Source of the DNA: a virus
Taxonomy: Duplodnaviria; Caudoviricetes
Virus record (IMG/VR): IMGVR_UViG_3300037041_001930
Reading direction: 5' to 3' (one strand)
Length of the DNA: 64,000 nucleotides
Shown: positions 20,164 to 29,239 of the stretch, piece by piece
Position numbering within the stretch: the first letter of the stretch is position 1
Layout of the letters: each line of letters opens with the position of its first letter
Notes under the pieces: model-generated
Seen by the model: only the letters and a program-made list of their open reading frames with translations
Databases searched by the model: none
What the model was told of the DNA's origin: nothing
Position numbers and translations under genes: made by a program

Positions 20164-20782
20164 CGGTGTCCTCCCCGTAAACATTGTGGAGATGGACAAC
20201 ACCACCGTCGTGGACGACATGTGGGGACATCTGGAGATTCGCCCACCGCTCGGATTCCTCGGCCTCCTTCTTCGTGTTGTAGGGGCGCGAGGAAATCACG
20301 CCATCAACACAGATGACCACTGCGGTACGTGGTAGCGGGGCATTGGGGTCGTACCCCGAGATATCAGGGGAGGCATCGGAGCGCCCCGTGGGGGTCACGA
20401 TGTCATTCTCCTCGGCGATCTCTTGGCGAACCCGTCTGGCCTCGATCTGGGCCAGCGATGATGTCTTGATCTCACCAAGCGTGATGTCGCAGCCATGCTT
20501 GACGACCCCGAAGCCTCCGAGATGGAGGAGTTTGGCGATCACGGGAGTCACGGCGTCGGATACCGAGGGCATCCCATCGGCGTACGCCGGGGCCACGGCG
20601 TAGATCATGCCGTCACGAATCGGAACGGGGTCCACTGAGGATGAGACCACAGCAGCGACCTGGTTGGTGCGCAAACAGTGGGCCAGGAACTTCTCGGCAC
20701 CCCCTGGCGAGATGACCACGTAGGCATTGGACATTTCGATCCAGTTGAAATAGAACTTTCGGAACTCGTCGAGCAAACTCAT
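20147..20782 (-). CDS. hypothetical protein
   Basis: 211-aa ORF coupled to ruvB. Confidence 0.65.
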   Translation of the reverse strand: MSLLDEFRKFYFNWIEMSNAYVVISPGGAEKFLAHCLRTNQVAAVVSSSVDPVPIRDGMIYAVAPAYADGMPSVSDAVTPVIAKLLHLGGFGVVKHGCDITLGEIKTSSLAQIEARRVRQEIAEENDIVTPTGRSDASPDISGYDPNAPLPRTAVVICVDGVISSRPYNTKKEAEESERWANLQMSPHVVHDGGVVHLHNVYGEDTDVPRT

Positions 20783-21747
20783 GTGTTCCCTATCTTGCCG
20801 AGGATCTCGGCGCCTCCAGCGGTGAGCTTGCGGCCCTGGCGGCCACGTTCAATGAAACCCTGCTGGAGTAACCAGGGCTCATAGGTGTCTTCAATGGTGC
20901 GCTCTTCTTCGTCGAGTGCAGCCGACAACGTCTTCAACCCGGTGACCCCATTGGTGGCCAGGATCTCGAGGATCCTGACTTCCATCTTGCCGAGCCCCTG
21001 GGTGTAACCGAGGCGATCCAGGGTGCGCTGCACGGTACCCGTGGTGATCCCCCCGGTCTCCGAGATCGAGGAACCAAAGTAGGTGTCGAGGACGGCTTCG
21101 ATGAGGCGCCCCGCGAATCTCCCGGTGCCATGACAGGGTTTGATGAGAAGCCCGATGGCATCGGAGTCCCATTCGATGCCCTTGATGTCATCAGACTCCT
21201 CACGATACGCGTTCACGGTCCACTTGAGGACCTCGAGCATGGAGGCGTCATCGTAGAGCTCGAGCCGGATGTGGTGCTTGAACCGATCCCGCATGGGCTC
21301 TGGAATCAGGCCCTCACGAGTCGTCGCCCCGGCCACCGTGTAATCAGCAACCTCCAGAGTGATCAGTGGCTGGTTCTCCCCCATGGAGACCGTGACCTTT
21401 TGATCCTCCATGACGTGGTAGAGATACTCGGAGACCTCACCGGGTAAGGCGTGGATCTCGTCGAGGAACAGGAGACCACCTTGGGGAACCGTGGTCAATG
21501 TGGGCAGGATATCCTTGGGCTTCTCGACTGCGGTGCAGTTGAGAACCGTGACACTCTCAGGCCTCAGCCCGAGTTCATGGGGGACCACGTGGGCTGCCAG
21601 AGTGGTCTTACCAACCCCCGGGGGACCCACGATGAGGAAATGTGCGAATCGCTTTGACCTCCGAGTCGCGGCACGGACGGCAACAGCGAGCTGTTCGACG
21701 GCATCAGTTTGGCCGTGGAACGCCTGGAAACTGTTCGGACGGGGCAT
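20779..21747 (-). CDS. ruvB: Holliday junction branch-migration ATPase RuvB
   Basis: GPPGVGKTT, LFLDEIHAL, GATTREG, RDRF, GTGR, C-terminal winged helix TIEDTYEPWLLQQGFI. Confidence 0.95.
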   Translation of the reverse strand: MPRPNSFQAFHGQTDAVEQLAVAVRAATRRSKRFAHFLIVGPPGVGKTTLAAHVVPHELGLRPESVTVLNCTAVEKPKDILPTLTTVPQGGLLFLDEIHALPGEVSEYLYHVMEDQKVTVSMGENQPLITLEVADYTVAGATTREGLIPEPMRDRFKHHIRLELYDDASMLEVLKWTVNAYREESDDIKGIEWDSDAIGLLIKPCHGTGRFAGRLIEAVLDTYFGSSISETGGITTGTVQRTLDRLGYTQGLGKMEVRILEILATNGVTGLKTLSAALDEEERTIEDTYEPWLLQQGFIERGRQGRKLTAGGAEILGKIGNT

Positions 21748-22258
21748 AACGTGCCTCCAATAGTGTTAGTATAACGATTTCTTCGTCACCTCTGCGCTGC
21801 GAGTAATCGCACTTAAAACATGAGGGCTTGTCATCGAGGATGACTGCATTCCTTGTTAGTGCATCGATTGTTGGCTTCGCGCCACCTACGAGGTTTCCAT
21901 AGTCCATTTCTCTGGATTTACCGGTGTAGACGCGCTCAATGGACCAATGTGACCACGGCAGCCTGAGGCCACGCAAGGGGGCAATGAAGGGGACAATCCC
22001 AGAATACCACTTGTTGCGGTATGTTGAGTAGACCCGCCAGTGTGCGTACTGTGACTTGTTCTGACTCTCGACACGGATGGGAACTCGTATAACAAATGGA
22101 AGCACTGGCTCCACTATCTGCTGTGGGATCCGATCTCGTGCTGGCGGCGGGGATGCCGCGGGTTTACGCTTTCGTGCGCACGCCTTGACGTGTGCCCGGA
22201 TCGTGGCGAGATCCCCGCTGATCGTCTCCCCGCACCCCGGGCATCTCGTGCTTGTCAT
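21704..22258 (-). CDS. rusA: RusA-like Holliday junction resolvase with N-terminal CxxC..H..C finger
   Basis: SQN, DYGNLVGGAKPTIDAL..AVILDD match the RusA D-x-x-N..K..D..L..DD pattern; N-term CPGC..HVKAC. Confidence 0.7.
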   Translation of the reverse strand: MTSTRCPGCGETISGDLATIRAHVKACARKRKPAASPPPARDRIPQQIVEPVLPFVIRVPIRVESQNKSQYAHWRVYSTYRNKWYSGIVPFIAPLRGLRLPWSHWSIERVYTGKSREMDYGNLVGGAKPTIDALTRNAVILDDKPSCFKCDYSQRRGDEEIVILTLLEARYAPSEQFPGVPRPN

Positions 22259-22691
22259 AAAAGGACCTCACGGAGTCATGGAACCTGGCGAGGTTAAAAA
22301 CCGTGAGCACGAAGGGTGCACCGCTGGGTTCCCTGACTTCCTTCATGGAAGATGTATTGAAACACTTGATACCACTGGGGGTCGTGATCACCATGATGGC
22401 GCCATCAAAGATGGATACACTATCAGTGGCGATGACTTCAGCGGGATGCTTGGAGACCTCGGAGACAAACGCCATCCTGGCGGACTCCGGGATCCCCGAT
22501 CTCGACAAAAAGGCGGAGACTACCGAAATAGTCACCGCCTCGACTTGACCCAGTGTGGGGTTCAACATCCCGATCAGGGATAGAGTTGAACGTATGTAAC
22601 CGATGCCCTGGTCACCGATCCCGAAGGATGCTGCCACGGCTTCGACGACATCAGACTCAGATTGAACGTGTGAGCTTGATGTCTCTTTCAT
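22164..22691 (-). CDS. hypothetical protein
   Basis: Co-directional ORF; start uncertain; 95-nt overlap with rusA. Confidence 0.5.
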   Translation of the reverse strand: MKETSSSHVQSESDVVEAVAASFGIGDQGIGYIRSTLSLIGMLNPTLGQVEAVTISVVSAFLSRSGIPESARMAFVSEVSKHPAEVIATDSVSIFDGAIMVITTPSGIKCFNTSSMKEVREPSGAPFVLTVFNLARFHDSVRSFYDKHEMPGVRGDDQRGSRHDPGTRQGVRTKA

Positions 22692-22977
22692 ATGCGACGA
22701 CGACATCTGCCCCATCCTTCTGTACCTTAACAGGGTAGGTATGCCCGTTGTCCATCCCATAATTGGTAATGCCGAGTTCCGCTTTCTTCTCTTCGACTTC
22801 ATTGCGGAATCCAGGGGACGACAGGTAGGAGATCACACCTGAGATCTCCTTGGGGTCATCAATGGCTACACGCGCAATGATACGCGTTTTATCCAGACCC
22901 TTGGTAGACGTGAACTCTGAACCGTCACTGGTGTGAAAGGTTACTGGGTACTTTTTGATTCCGAACTGCTGACTCAC
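22657..22977 (-). CDS. hypothetical protein
   Basis: GTG start with AAGGAG RBS. Confidence 0.65.
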   Translation of the reverse strand: MSQQFGIKKYPVTFHTSDGSEFTSTKGLDKTRIIARVAIDDPKEISGVISYLSSPGFRNEVEEKKAELGITNYGMDNGHTYPVKVQKDGADVVVAYERDIKLTRSI

Positions 22978-23043
22978 GGTAGGCTCCTTGCTGGGGTTGA
23001 CCTATAGTGAATCCCTGCGGTGCGGAGTCAAGCCACCGCGGGT

Positions 23044-23688
23044 TCAGGCGTCGTGCATGAACCCGGCGTTGTCGAGACACTCGGCGACAAACCGAGCCGC
23101 ATAGCAGTCATCCAGTGCGGTGTGGCGTTCCCAGGTCTCCCCGGTGACACCTTGGTAGTTGAGCTGCTCACATGCCGCACCTAACTTGGCCATGCCCTTG
23201 CCGACTTGAGTGACCCCCTGGACCTTCTTGAGCCACCGAGTAAAGGCGACACAGGGATCTCGCCATTCGGGGAGACAGGCATCATGGATCTCGGGGATGA
23301 GATCCTTACACCACGATTTATCGAACCCCTTGTTATACGCGATGCCATGGAAGCCCTGGCGACCCCCGAGCCAGCCCTTGATATTCGTGCGAACCTCGGA
23401 GAGCTCAACAAGTGGGGATACAATGTTCTCGAGCTCGGCGGGGTTCGGGGTGCGGCCTCCGAAGTCACCCCAGAGTTCGGGTCGGTACCCATTGATCGCA
23501 GCGGCATCAGGTGAGATCTTCTTACCAGGCTGCGGGATGATGTAACTCTGGAAGGAATCCAGAATCTTGTACTCGTGATCCACGATGAGAATCGCGATCT
23601 CGATGAGGGCGTCGTCGAAGCGACTGAAGCCCCCGGTTTCGATATCCACGATTGCAGATCTGGAGCCCGGATTTAATAGGCGTGTCAT
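23044..23688 (-). CDS. DEDDh 3'-5' exonuclease (DnaQ/epsilon-like)
   Basis: IVDIETGG, IEIA, AYNKGFD, HTALDDC. Confidence 0.9.
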   Translation of the reverse strand: MTRLLNPGSRSAIVDIETGGFSRFDDALIEIAILIVDHEYKILDSFQSYIIPQPGKKISPDAAAINGYRPELWGDFGGRTPNPAELENIVSPLVELSEVRTNIKGWLGGRQGFHGIAYNKGFDKSWCKDLIPEIHDACLPEWRDPCVAFTRWLKKVQGVTQVGKGMAKLGAACEQLNYQGVTGETWERHTALDDCYAARFVAECLDNAGFMHDA

Positions 23689-24335
23689 TTGACGTCTTCT
23701 TCTCCCACGATTACGTGGGTTTCGGGTGCATTGAGTACCCAGCCCCCGCAGTCCTCTGCGGAGGGGCCACGGCGGTGTATGGTCCCCACACTTTTGCCAT
23801 CACTGAGTGTGATCTCACGTGATACCATCGGAGACCGAATCACTGCGATGATATTCTCGGCATTCGCAGTGGCACGTAAGGCGGAATCCCGGAGATGATC
23901 ATCTAGGAGCTCTGCGGACTCCAGGTTGAACTCGATCTCAGACAGAATCCTGACGTCGTGATCACAGGGCTGTAGGACCACGAAGACTTGACCCGAGGAT
24001 ACCCGGAGGACTTCCGTGATCTGTGTGGTCGCATACTTCGCTGACCAGACGACGTCGAGATCCTTGGGGCGCCAACTCACGAGACCGTTGAGTCGGGAGT
24101 AAATCGATTTTGCACGAGACCACCATACATTCAAATCTGAATCCATGATCATGGCAAACTCGAGCTCCAGCCGTGCTGATTTCGAGAAGCTCAGAAATAT
24201 CGAGGGTAGGAAGAATGGTGAATCCGTAGCACAATCGGCGAGGGCACGGGCTACGCCCAGCACACTGCCTTCAATTTCCAGGGGGTCATTCCCCTTCCGC
24301 TGGAGCTTGTTGTCCTGTAGGAATAATTTGCCCAT
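23685..24335 (-). CDS. hypothetical protein
   Basis: 216-aa ORF, ATGA overlap. Confidence 0.65.
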   Translation of the reverse strand: MGKLFLQDNKLQRKGNDPLEIEGSVLGVARALADCATDSPFFLPSIFLSFSKSARLELEFAMIMDSDLNVWWSRAKSIYSRLNGLVSWRPKDLDVVWSAKYATTQITEVLRVSSGQVFVVLQPCDHDVRILSEIEFNLESAELLDDHLRDSALRATANAENIIAVIRSPMVSREITLSDGKSVGTIHRRGPSAEDCGGWVLNAPETHVIVGEEDVK

Positions 24336-24690
24336 ATAAAGAAAGTCCTCTGGTGTCCTCGAGACTCGAGGACACCGGTAAAGTTTGAGAGTCCGCGGTG
24401 AGGGATCCCTGGGATCCGATGATTAAGATGTCTTCGTGTTCGATGGGTACCAGGTGCCCCCTGACCACACGAACCACGTTCTCACCTCGGAGGTGAGAGG
24501 CCAGCGCCCGGTGACCATCGGGGTCATCGGTGAAGTCGAAACAGCGCGCACCCCTGGGGGATGTCGTGAACGCGTATATCCGTGGTGGGATGTCCACCGC
24601 AGGTAACTCGACACGAAACCCCCGGGAGCCGAACTCCTGGGTGCGCGTGGGGCGCCGAAGCCTGAGATGATCGAATCCAAACCTGGCCAT
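24286..24690 (-). CDS. hypothetical protein
   Basis: MARFGF with AAGGA RBS. Confidence 0.55.
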   Translation of the reverse strand: MARFGFDHLRLRRPTRTQEFGSRGFRVELPAVDIPPRIYAFTTSPRGARCFDFTDDPDGHRALASHLRGENVVRVVRGHLVPIEHEDILIIGSQGSLTADSQTLPVSSSLEDTRGLSLYGQIIPTGQQAPAEGE

Positions 24691-24706
24691 TACGACATCC
24701 TTGCGG

Positions 24707-25468
24707 TTACACCGCGTACTGTTTGGCTTCTTCATCAACCACGGTGTTCACGCTGAACACCGGGGCGTCGAGCCCCCACCCAGGGAGAGTCATGACTCGA
24801 GGCCCCCGTGATGTCGTCAGGTTCAGAGGAATCGCGAAATGTACATCAACGGCGACGCGATCATGGATGAAGGGGTCCGCGATCTTGATGGTCGCCCAGT
24901 CAACACGAAACACGGTTTCCCCGGGGACATAGATGTCATCGGAGGCCCCGGGGTCAGTCTTGAACCGATACGATGCAATGAAGTCTCGGAACTTAGCAGA
25001 GTACGCATGCGGGATCCCCAGGATCTGATGTGCGAACTCCGACTTCTCGAACTGGGCGACTCCATGTACCTTCGCAATCGGTTTCGAGCTGACATGTGAC
25101 TTAATCGGTACATCGAGTTTCCCTGCGGACAGGAAGACGTCGAAGAGACGCCGAGGATTCCGGTTGTAGAGATTCCGGATGAACCCGTAGGGGAGTCCAA
25201 GAAAGAACCAGGAGAAATCCCGATCGAGACCTGATGGGGTCGTCAGCTCGGGATCCCCGCCTTGGATCTCCAGTGTGGTATGATGCACGGGAACCCCCTC
25301 GGGATCCTCGTGATGCTTGAGTAACTTGGTCAAGGATTCCGCGGATTCCTTGGGGTCGACATGGAACCCAATTGAGTTGGGGTCCACAACCGTCGCCGGG
25401 ATCCCCGCTGCTTTCATCTTGTTCACGTAGCCGTCGAGACGACTACCACCTGTGTTGACGCCGGACAT
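24707..25468 (-). CDS. hypothetical protein
   Basis: MSGVNT with AGGGAG RBS. Confidence 0.65.
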   Translation of the reverse strand: MSGVNTGGSRLDGYVNKMKAAGIPATVVDPNSIGFHVDPKESAESLTKLLKHHEDPEGVPVHHTTLEIQGGDPELTTPSGLDRDFSWFFLGLPYGFIRNLYNRNPRRLFDVFLSAGKLDVPIKSHVSSKPIAKVHGVAQFEKSEFAHQILGIPHAYSAKFRDFIASYRFKTDPGASDDIYVPGETVFRVDWATIKIADPFIHDRVAVDVHFAIPLNLTTSRGPRVMTLPGWGLDAPVFSVNTVVDEEAKQYAV

Positions 25469-26202
25469 TCGTGTCTCCCTTTTGTGCATGAGTTGCAATC
25501 CCAATCGAAGTCGTATTCGCAGATGGGATCAACTGGGGTTGGTGTAACCGTAAACCTGAGACGCCTACGCAGGATCTCTTTGTTTCTCTTCTGCATCCAC
25601 GGTGGCACCCCCCACTCCACGAAATTGAGCATGGCGCCGTCGGCATCGGGGACAAGGTATCCCCATAGCCAGAGCCAGGTGAGTACCCAGGGTTCGTGGG
25701 GGTAGGCGAGACGCCGTGAGCACCCCATCTGGTAGGCCAGGAAGGCCAGCCAGGACTCGGGTACCTTCTTGGTCAAGACGTGGCCGGCGGGGTGGCCGCC
25801 CATAGCGAGGAGATCAAGTTTGATCCCCCGCTCATTGTTCCGCCACACACAAGACGTCAGCCCATGGATCTCCAGGGGCACCCACTCAGATCTCACGGGT
25901 TGCGTGTACAAGAGCAGGGGACCCTTGTCGAGTTCATCACGCCTCGCCGCGATCTGCATGGCCAGGACCTCGGCGAACCCTGGGGTCAACACGGTACCCT
26001 CGTATTGCAGGAACGTGAATACGAGAGGTTCAAACAGCATGTCGCCATCGGTTACCGAGTTGAGCTCATGTGCGAACCTCTTGGCGAGGTCGGCAGTTAT
26101 GGTTTCCCCAACGTAGAGATTGAGGACGCAGAGAATCCAGTCCCGGGTCGAAAACACGGGGTCGAGTTTCCTCGACGGTGGTTTCCCGACGTCTTCACTC
26201 AT
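25423..26202 (-). CDS. hypothetical protein with C-terminal 4-Cys cluster
   Basis: C-x7-C-x2-C-x6-C at C-terminus. Confidence 0.65.
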   Translation of the reverse strand: MSEDVGKPPSRKLDPVFSTRDWILCVLNLYVGETITADLAKRFAHELNSVTDGDMLFEPLVFTFLQYEGTVLTPGFAEVLAMQIAARRDELDKGPLLLYTQPVRSEWVPLEIHGLTSCVWRNNERGIKLDLLAMGGHPAGHVLTKKVPESWLAFLAYQMGCSRRLAYPHEPWVLTWLWLWGYLVPDADGAMLNFVEWGVPPWMQKRNKEILRRRLRFTVTPTPVDPICEYDFDWDCNSCTKGRHECPASTQVVVVSTAT

Positions 26203-27209
26203 TTGAACTTTCCGCGCTTCTTCTTGGCGGCCTTGGCAGCCGCAGTGGGCTCCGCGAACTCCTTGGCACCATCACTGAGCATGCAGGACTTCAGCAAGGC
26301 CCGGATGGGTTCAAGATACTTATCGGTGTCCTCACAGTTCGCCTTGAGCTCCTCACACGCCGCCGCCCAGTTCTTGGCTGCCACTGGGGAATCGAAGCCC
26401 ACCTTGGGGACTTCCTTGAGAGCAACGACGGCATCGGCGACCGCGGCGACCACGGAGACCATCGCCTTGGAGAGGCGCTTCACCCCGGGGAGCGGGGACT
26501 TCGAGTAATCGGGGGCCTTGGGGGCCGCACCGAGACCTGGCTTGCCATCCCGGGTGGGTGCCTGGGATGCCTTGGATTCCGGGATCTCGACGAAGTTGCC
26601 TTCACCATCAGTGTACCCGTTGGCCTTCGCGGCTTCCTCTTTGGACTGCGGGGCCAGGGCGGCGTCAGCCTTGTTCTTGGCGTCCTTACCCGTGAGTTCC
26701 TTGACCTTGGTTCCGAGATCCCGGGTGGTCATGACATCCTTGGTCGCGGGATCCACGAGATCCAAGAACACTTTCTCACGAATATCCGGACTCAGGGGGA
26801 GCAAGAGGCGGGCGTGTTCGACGCTGTAGCCTCGAGCCGAGAGTTCCTTGATCTGGGCCTCACTGAGTTCCCTGAAGACGTGGCGACAATGGTACAGGGA
26901 ACTCCGGGCACTCAGCGAGCACCCCTTGGCCTTGAGTTGCTCGCTGAGCTCCTCGATGCCGTGGGATCCATAGCGGCCGCCGTTCTTCTTTTCAGCCTCG
27001 ATGAGAAAGTCATCGACGAGGCGCCCCATGGACCACATGGCATGGATGGCGCCGGCTTGCCCCAACCGGAATGTCTGGACGAGGTCGGTGACCAGTTTGG
27101 TGAACGCGGAGTTCGCTGAACTCGCGGAGACCACTGTACCCGGAGTAGCCTTGATGGCTTCCTTGGCACGGTCGATCATGGATTGCTTGGGTGGAACTTT
27201 ACTGCTCAT
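26199..27209 (-). CDS. putative DNA-binding protein, DUF1016/YhcG N-terminal-like domain, basic tail
   Basis: WSMGRLV..GRYGSHGIEELSEQL..SARSSLY resembles DUF1016_N; AAKAAKKKRGKFK tail. Confidence 0.55.
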   Translation of the reverse strand: MSSKVPPKQSMIDRAKEAIKATPGTVVSASSANSAFTKLVTDLVQTFRLGQAGAIHAMWSMGRLVDDFLIEAEKKNGGRYGSHGIEELSEQLKAKGCSLSARSSLYHCRHVFRELSEAQIKELSARGYSVEHARLLLPLSPDIREKVFLDLVDPATKDVMTTRDLGTKVKELTGKDAKNKADAALAPQSKEEAAKANGYTDGEGNFVEIPESKASQAPTRDGKPGLGAAPKAPDYSKSPLPGVKRLSKAMVSVVAAVADAVVALKEVPKVGFDSPVAAKNWAAACEELKANCEDTDKYLEPIRALLKSCMLSDGAKEFAEPTAAAKAAKKKRGKFK

Positions 27210-27681
27210 TGGGATCCCTCACTGTGGACAAGAAGTCCTTTAGAGTTGCGATCGATACGATCTGGTTGAATACGGAGACATGAATATGCGTGACCGCCGA
27301 GAGGTCTTTCGATGTCGCCACGAACAAGGTGCTGGGCATGCCATGCACCTTGAAGATCAGTGCGAAATCATCCTCAGACGGAAACAAGGCACGCTGCTCC
27401 CGATACGCGGCGAGCAGCGCGCTCTTCGTGGGGGCGTCAAACGCCATGGCTAAGTCGAAGTTGAAGACTCGTGTGGCCGTCACAGAAAAGGGCAGGAGGC
27501 CCTGAGAGTTAAACCAGTCGAATCCCCAGTCGGCGTCGCCGTAATCGCGTCTGGCCTGAGCCACGGCTTCCTTGGTCCACCCCAGCCCCCTGAGGAGCTT
27601 GTCCAGGGTGGACCTCTGGAAGTCCGCGATCTTTTCTTCGTCGGATTTGACTCCGAAGGTGATCGGGAACTCGTCGCTCAT
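27199..27681 (-). CDS. hypothetical protein downstream of recA
   Basis: 160-aa ORF, ATGA-coupled to recA. Confidence 0.6.
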   Translation of the reverse strand: MSDEFPITFGVKSDEEKIADFQRSTLDKLLRGLGWTKEAVAQARRDYGDADWGFDWFNSQGLLPFSVTATRVFNFDLAMAFDAPTKSALLAAYREQRALFPSEDDFALIFKVHGMPSTLFVATSKDLSAVTHIHVSVFNQIVSIATLKDFLSTVRDPNEQ

Positions 27682-29168
27682 TTCTTGCCCTTGGGTGCGG
27701 GTTTATCAGGAAGACTCCAGTCGATGTCGGCTTCCTGAACCGTGGGGTACCTGTTGATGCACAAGTAGTGCTGGACTGCCCTGCGATGCTTGGGTGAAGC
27801 CTCGATGCGTTTTCCGAACTCGTGCATACTCATGACCCCACGTTTGTCCTTGTCGGCGGCGTCGAGTTCCTCTGGGGTACAGAGTTCCTCACACTTCACG
27901 AAACCGGCGCTGACCTGGGTGAAGTACACGGCTTCGTTGAGAACTCCGACCTCGTACTTAGACCCCTTCTCGGTGTCCCTGCCATATTTACACGTCCACA
28001 GCATTTCGCCGAGGGCACCCTCCCAGTCATAGACCATGACCTGTTTCGTGCTGCCATCTGGAAGTCTTGGGAACTGCCAGAGAACATCCACTTTGACCTT
28101 GAGCTTGTCGGGGCCCAGGGATGAACAGTTGGACTTGAACACCACAGTGGTGCGGGTGACGGGTGGGCCCTGGAATGGGGCTGCGGGGTGGAAGGCGAGT
28201 TCATCGTGGGCCTGCTTGTCGAGACGGAGACCTAGTGACGCCGCGAACTTAGCGAAGTCACCTCCGGCCTCCTTGTGTTTGTCAGCGAACTTGGCTTCAA
28301 ATGATCCATCTGCGATAACATTGCTGAGGTGCTGGACGTACCCCGCGGACATACAGGTTCCACGCATGGAGACACTGCGCAGGAAGCTGGAGATCATGTT
28401 GGCGCGGGTGGCACCCCCATAACCTCGTTCCTGAGCATGGCCTTCCTTCTCGATCGCGGCTGCACCGGCTTCGGAATCCTTACCAGTCAAGGAGTCCACC
28501 GCACAATAGATGGGGACTCGTTTCCCCTTCTCCTTGAGCTCGGGATGCTTGACCACCATGTCGCGTGCCCACTCCAGGGTCTCGACCAAAGCGGTCTGCC
28601 AACCCTCGATTGAGGTCACCGGGGTGTAGATCAGACGACTGCGACCCGTCTGAATCATGGGGTCTGGATTAACGTGGAGCATGATCTCACGATCGGGGTG
28701 ATCCATGTCCACTGGCATCCCGGTTTCGGGGTCTCTCGGAATCGAGTTGTTGTACGAACAGAAGTTGCCTTGACTGTCGGTATAAGAATCATCGGGGCTC
28801 AGGAAACGCCACCACGTCATGGCCTCGAACATCGTATAGGACGCCTTTTCTTCGGCGTCGATGTAACGCGCGCAGCCATTGGCCATGGCGTACCACATAC
28901 AGATCATGATCTGAAACGTGGACTTCATGGACTTCGGGAGTCCGCTGACCGCATACCAGCGCTGCAAGGGCAGCACGTTGGTGAGCCCGGCGAGGTACTG
29001 CATGGCCAGAGACGGCAGCTCGATGCCATAGGTGTGCTGGGCGTGATCTCCGAGAAGATAACCCTTGCTCGAGGATGCCCGATCCTTGGCGGAGCCGAGA
29101 AGACTCTGAACCAAGGAATGCACCACGGTTTCTTGAGTGGAAACGTCTGCTTCTTTTTTCTTCGCCAT
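27678..29168 (-). CDS. recA: RecA/UvsX-like recombinase (divergent)
   Basis: P-loop GLPKSMKST, YIDAE, Walker B AVDSL, QH, GGDFAKFAAS (cf. RecA GGxALKFYAS). Confidence 0.8.
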   Translation of the reverse strand: MAKKKEADVSTQETVVHSLVQSLLGSAKDRASSSKGYLLGDHAQHTYGIELPSLAMQYLAGLTNVLPLQRWYAVSGLPKSMKSTFQIMICMWYAMANGCARYIDAEEKASYTMFEAMTWWRFLSPDDSYTDSQGNFCSYNNSIPRDPETGMPVDMDHPDREIMLHVNPDPMIQTGRSRLIYTPVTSIEGWQTALVETLEWARDMVVKHPELKEKGKRVPIYCAVDSLTGKDSEAGAAAIEKEGHAQERGYGGATRANMISSFLRSVSMRGTCMSAGYVQHLSNVIADGSFEAKFADKHKEAGGDFAKFAASLGLRLDKQAHDELAFHPAAPFQGPPVTRTTVVFKSNCSSLGPDKLKVKVDVLWQFPRLPDGSTKQVMVYDWEGALGEMLWTCKYGRDTEKGSKYEVGVLNEAVYFTQVSAGFVKCEELCTPEELDAADKDKRGVMSMHEFGKRIEASPKHRRAVQHYLCINRYPTVQEADIDWSLPDKPAPKGKK

Positions 29169-29185
29169 TGATGGTCTCCAGTCTG

Positions 29186-29218
29186 GAGACAGGGAGAGGG
29201 TGGCCCCCTCCCTGTCTC
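29186..29218. promoter_or_regulatory. intergenic hairpin between ssb and recA
   Basis: 11-bp inverted repeat GAGACAGGGAG / CTCCCTGTCTC; overlapping alternative GTCTCCAG-T-CTGGAGAC. Confidence 0.4.
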
Positions 29219-29239
29219 GCGTTCAGGGGTGAGTGGGGT

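Noticed and set aside
23000-23012. Minus-strand GATTCACTATAGG resembling the T7 promoter core
   Set aside because: Single occurrence, upstream T7 bases absent, no T7-type RNAP in the window; compatible with chance
27199-27681. Possible Holliday-junction resolvase next to recA
   Set aside because: No recognisable PD-(D/E)xK or RuvC catalytic residues; position alone is insufficient
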